IMG/VR virus record: IMGVR_UViG_3300010362_000012
Coordinates: 20,425 to 84,424 of that record
Source: a virus
Lineage: Duplodnaviria > Caudoviricetes
Reading direction: 5' to 3' (one strand)
DNA: 64,000 nt
The first letter of the stretch is position 1. The number at the start of each line of letters is the position of its first letter. Below the pieces are notes generated by a model that saw only the letters and a list, made by a program, of their open reading frames with translations, searched no databases and was not told the DNA's origin. The translations under genes and the position numbers were made by a program. Below are positions 62,025-64,000 of this stretch, piece after piece.

Positions 62025-62275
62025 TAGCGGTTCCACCTGGGTTCGGACAGGTCGGCTTCGATTTCCTCAATCCGATCGTCTAGATCCCTGATCTGCGCCT
62101 TCAGGGTGTCGATTTCGGCTGTCTGATCTTCCAGTTCGGCGGTCATGCGCCCGTTGTCGCCGATGAGCGCCAGCACTTTGCCTTCGAGACTCGCGATCCG
62201 GTCTTCGTTGGGACGGTCGCAGGCGGTGAACGCGAGCGCGCAGATGATGGCGAGAAGTAGTTTGTTCAAGCTCAT
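62024..62275 (-). CDS. Coiled-coil lipoprotein
   Basis: Signal peptide, lipobox-like FTAC, long heptad repeat. Confidence 0.7.
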   Translation of the reverse strand: MSLNKLLLAIICALAFTACDRPNEDRIASLEGKVLALIGDNGRMTAELEDQTAEIDTLKAQIRDLDDRIEEIEADLSEPRWNR

Positions 62276-62508
62276 TCCCCCCGCTCAGCCGCGCGTCGTG
62301 CGTCGGCCTCGTCGTCTTCGTGATCGGTAAACCAGTCCTCGATCGCCTTCTGGATCGTCTCGGCCAAGTCCGTCACATAAGCGCCGCGCTCCATGCCGAA
62401 GCGATTCATCTGGACGATATCGCCGAGCGGCGAGTTGTCCACGAACGCCTCGGCCAAGTCGATAACATCGTCATCGCAGGCGATCTTCTTCTTCGTCGTC
62501 TCAGGCAT
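62272..62508 (-). CDS. Acidic hypothetical protein
   Basis: GGAG RBS; ATGA coupling. Confidence 0.65.
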   Translation of the reverse strand: MPETTKKKIACDDDVIDLAEAFVDNSPLGDIVQMNRFGMERGAYVTDLAETIQKAIEDWFTDHEDDEADARRAAERGE

Positions 62509-62771
62509 TAGTGTTCTCCGCGGGTCTGTTCAAGCGACAAGATGCGCCGTTCCAATTCCGCCTACCGCGCCGCCATCGCCTGCGTCTCCGTGTGAAATGT
62601 CGTTTCGAGTGCATTGTGCTGGTCGATGACGGTGTCGAGGGCAAACACCAATTGCCCGAAGACATCACGCAGCGTCGTGTTCAACTGCGTGACCGCCGTA
62701 TTGAGATTGCCGATGGATCGGTCGAGTGCGTCTCGCAATTCATCGACCTTCAGAACGTCGCCGCGCTTCAT
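62508..62771 (-). CDS. Coiled-coil protein with in-frame TAG at 62562-62564 (69 aa, or 87 aa by readthrough)
   Basis: Frame continues AELERRILSLEQTRGEH to a TAA that overlaps the next ATG. Confidence 0.55.
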
Positions 62772-63019
62772 CGTTGCTCCTCGATCACGCGCGTGATCAC
62801 CGTGTCCTCGACGATGCTGTATGCGACGACACCGTCCAGCGTGGCGAGATGCTGCCGCGCGTCAGCGACGGTCTTGAATGGACCAGCCTCGCGCTGCCAG
62901 CGCGTGATCTTGTGCGGCGACAGCACCTCGTAATACAGCGTGACCTTCCGCTCGACCGACGAGACGTCGTCGAGCGATTTGGCGATCTCTTTCAGGATGT
63001 CGATCGTTGGTGTCGGCAT
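62768..63019 (-). CDS. Hypothetical protein
   Basis: GGAGG RBS; TGATG coupling. Confidence 0.6.
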   Translation of the reverse strand: MPTPTIDILKEIAKSLDDVSSVERKVTLYYEVLSPHKITRWQREAGPFKTVADARQHLATLDGVVAYSIVEDTVITRVIEEQR

Positions 63020-63336
63020 CAGTCCTCCGCGAACTGGGCAGCCTCTTCGCGCGCCCACTGTTCGGCCTCCTGCGCGCGCCAGTCGGAATACGCGCGCTCG
63101 AGCCCGCTGTCGGTCAACTGCCGCACGTCGCGGCGACCGGACGGCAGCGAGTGGCGCTCGTAGGTCCACCAGGTGTCCGTCGCGTCGAGCCAGCGCAGGA
63201 ACGCTTCGGCGCGCTCCTCGGCGTCGTGCAGATGGTCCTCGCTGTCGCCGAAGACCGGTCCGAAGGCCCAGTCCGTCGTGCTGCAGAACAGCACGGCGTG
63301 TTTCTGATAGTGGTCGGAGAGAATGTGGACACCCAT
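63019..63336 (-). CDS. Hypothetical protein
   Basis: MGVHILSD...AVLFCSTTDWAFGPVF. Confidence 0.65.
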   Translation of the reverse strand: MGVHILSDHYQKHAVLFCSTTDWAFGPVFGDSEDHLHDAEERAEAFLRWLDATDTWWTYERHSLPSGRRDVRQLTDSGLERAYSDWRAQEAEQWAREEAAQFAED

Positions 63337-63338
63337 GA

Positions 63339-63956
63339 TCAGGCTCGCTTTCTGCGCGCGCGTCGGCGCGAGGGAGTTCGTTCCGTCTTCGGGATCATCG
63401 TCGGTTGCGTGAGCAGTTTGCGTCCGCGCGCGGTGCGATCGCCGGCGTCGTGCTTGTCCCACTTGCACGTGGAGACGTTGGCCGGGACGAGTGCTGACAG
63501 TGTCAGCAGTTTGCGGAGGCGCGCCGTGCGCTCATTCGCGGTGTGTTTGTCCCAGCGGCACTTCGTCAGTTTGAGGTGCTTGAACCACGAGGCGCGTTCC
63601 ATCGATAGTCCCCATGCCATCTGGCCCAGCGGCGAGTGGATGCAGACCATCTGCGCGTGCGACAGCTTCTCTGTCTCGGACGGCGTGATATGCGCGGACC
63701 ACCCCACCGGTCGGCACTCCTGAATGAACCGTGTGCAGAGCGCCAGGACCGCGTCCCGGTCGGGCTGATACCGACGCTCGCGCCGCAACTCGTCGGATTC
63801 TTCCTCTTCGACCAGCCGTTCCCAGCGGCGGTTCATTTCTTGTTCCTCGGTTTCCTTCGGCCGGGCAGGGCGACCAGGCGTCTTCATCGGCGTCGCGGGC
63901 GTCTGGAATCGGCGCCGGAATTCCTCGGCCGGCGTCTCATTCTTTGGCGTGTCCAT
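63339..63956 (-). CDS. Conserved phage hypothetical protein with duplicated WDKH motif
   Basis: SPLGQMAW...WDKH resembles the LPTGQ.SWH...WDGH family. Confidence 0.65.
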   Translation of the reverse strand: MDTPKNETPAEEFRRRFQTPATPMKTPGRPARPKETEEQEMNRRWERLVEEEESDELRRERRYQPDRDAVLALCTRFIQECRPVGWSAHITPSETEKLSHAQMVCIHSPLGQMAWGLSMERASWFKHLKLTKCRWDKHTANERTARLRKLLTLSALVPANVSTCKWDKHDAGDRTARGRKLLTQPTMIPKTERTPSRRRARRKRA

Positions 63957-64000
63957 TAGCCCTCCATCCCGTGATCGGAGGGGTGGCAGTAGTCGGGCGG
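63956..64000 (-). CDS. 3' end of a gene entering from the right edge
   Basis: Open frame ending TAA that overlaps the ATG at 63956. Confidence 0.35.
   Translation of the reverse strand, partial: PPDYCHPSDHGMEG

Noticed and set aside
62562-62564. Genome-wide TAG reassignment
   Set aside because: Portal (36652), capsid (39327), 39893 and 42058 end in TAG with the next gene starting shortly after.
1-64000. tRNA, rRNA, IS elements, integrase/att sites, DGR or retron reverse transcriptase
   Set aside because: None recognisable by eye; tRNAscan, Infernal and HMM searches were not run, so small RNAs could be missed.

Overview
The window is one high-GC, podovirus-like tailed phage genome (Caudoviricetes) read around a fold-back. 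Bases 1-21788 are the reverse complement of 21789-43576 (position i pairs with 43577-i). The axis is ...ATATTTTGGAGG|CCTCCAAAATAT..., has no spacer and lies in non-coding DNA, so only about 42 kb (21789-64000) is unique. Reading out from the axis: a repeat-rich non-coding tip; a small operon with a C5 DNA methyltransferase and a DUF3008-like gene; an early/regulatory block (two RHH proteins, H-NS-like protein, degenerate HNH, lipoprotein); a candidate lysis cassette (holin-like protein plus a clan GH-A-like hydrolase); an HTH replication initiator with internal iterons; DUF1064; terminase large subunit; portal; scaffold; major capsid; LamG, IPT and beta-helix adsorption proteins; adaptor and nozzle; ejection proteins including an SLT-like one; then a convergent block of small genes running off the right edge. 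The main hypothesis is a phage with a covalently closed hairpin end. Three observations support it: TerL lacks all its canonical nuclease acidic residues, no protelomerase or integrase lies in the window, and a sigma70-like promoter would start transcription at the symmetry axis. A fold-back library or assembly artefact (MDA chimera, long-read turn-around) cannot be excluded from sequence alone. Protein calls come from recognising motifs by eye; no database searches were run. The host is possibly Acidobacteriota (weak inference).
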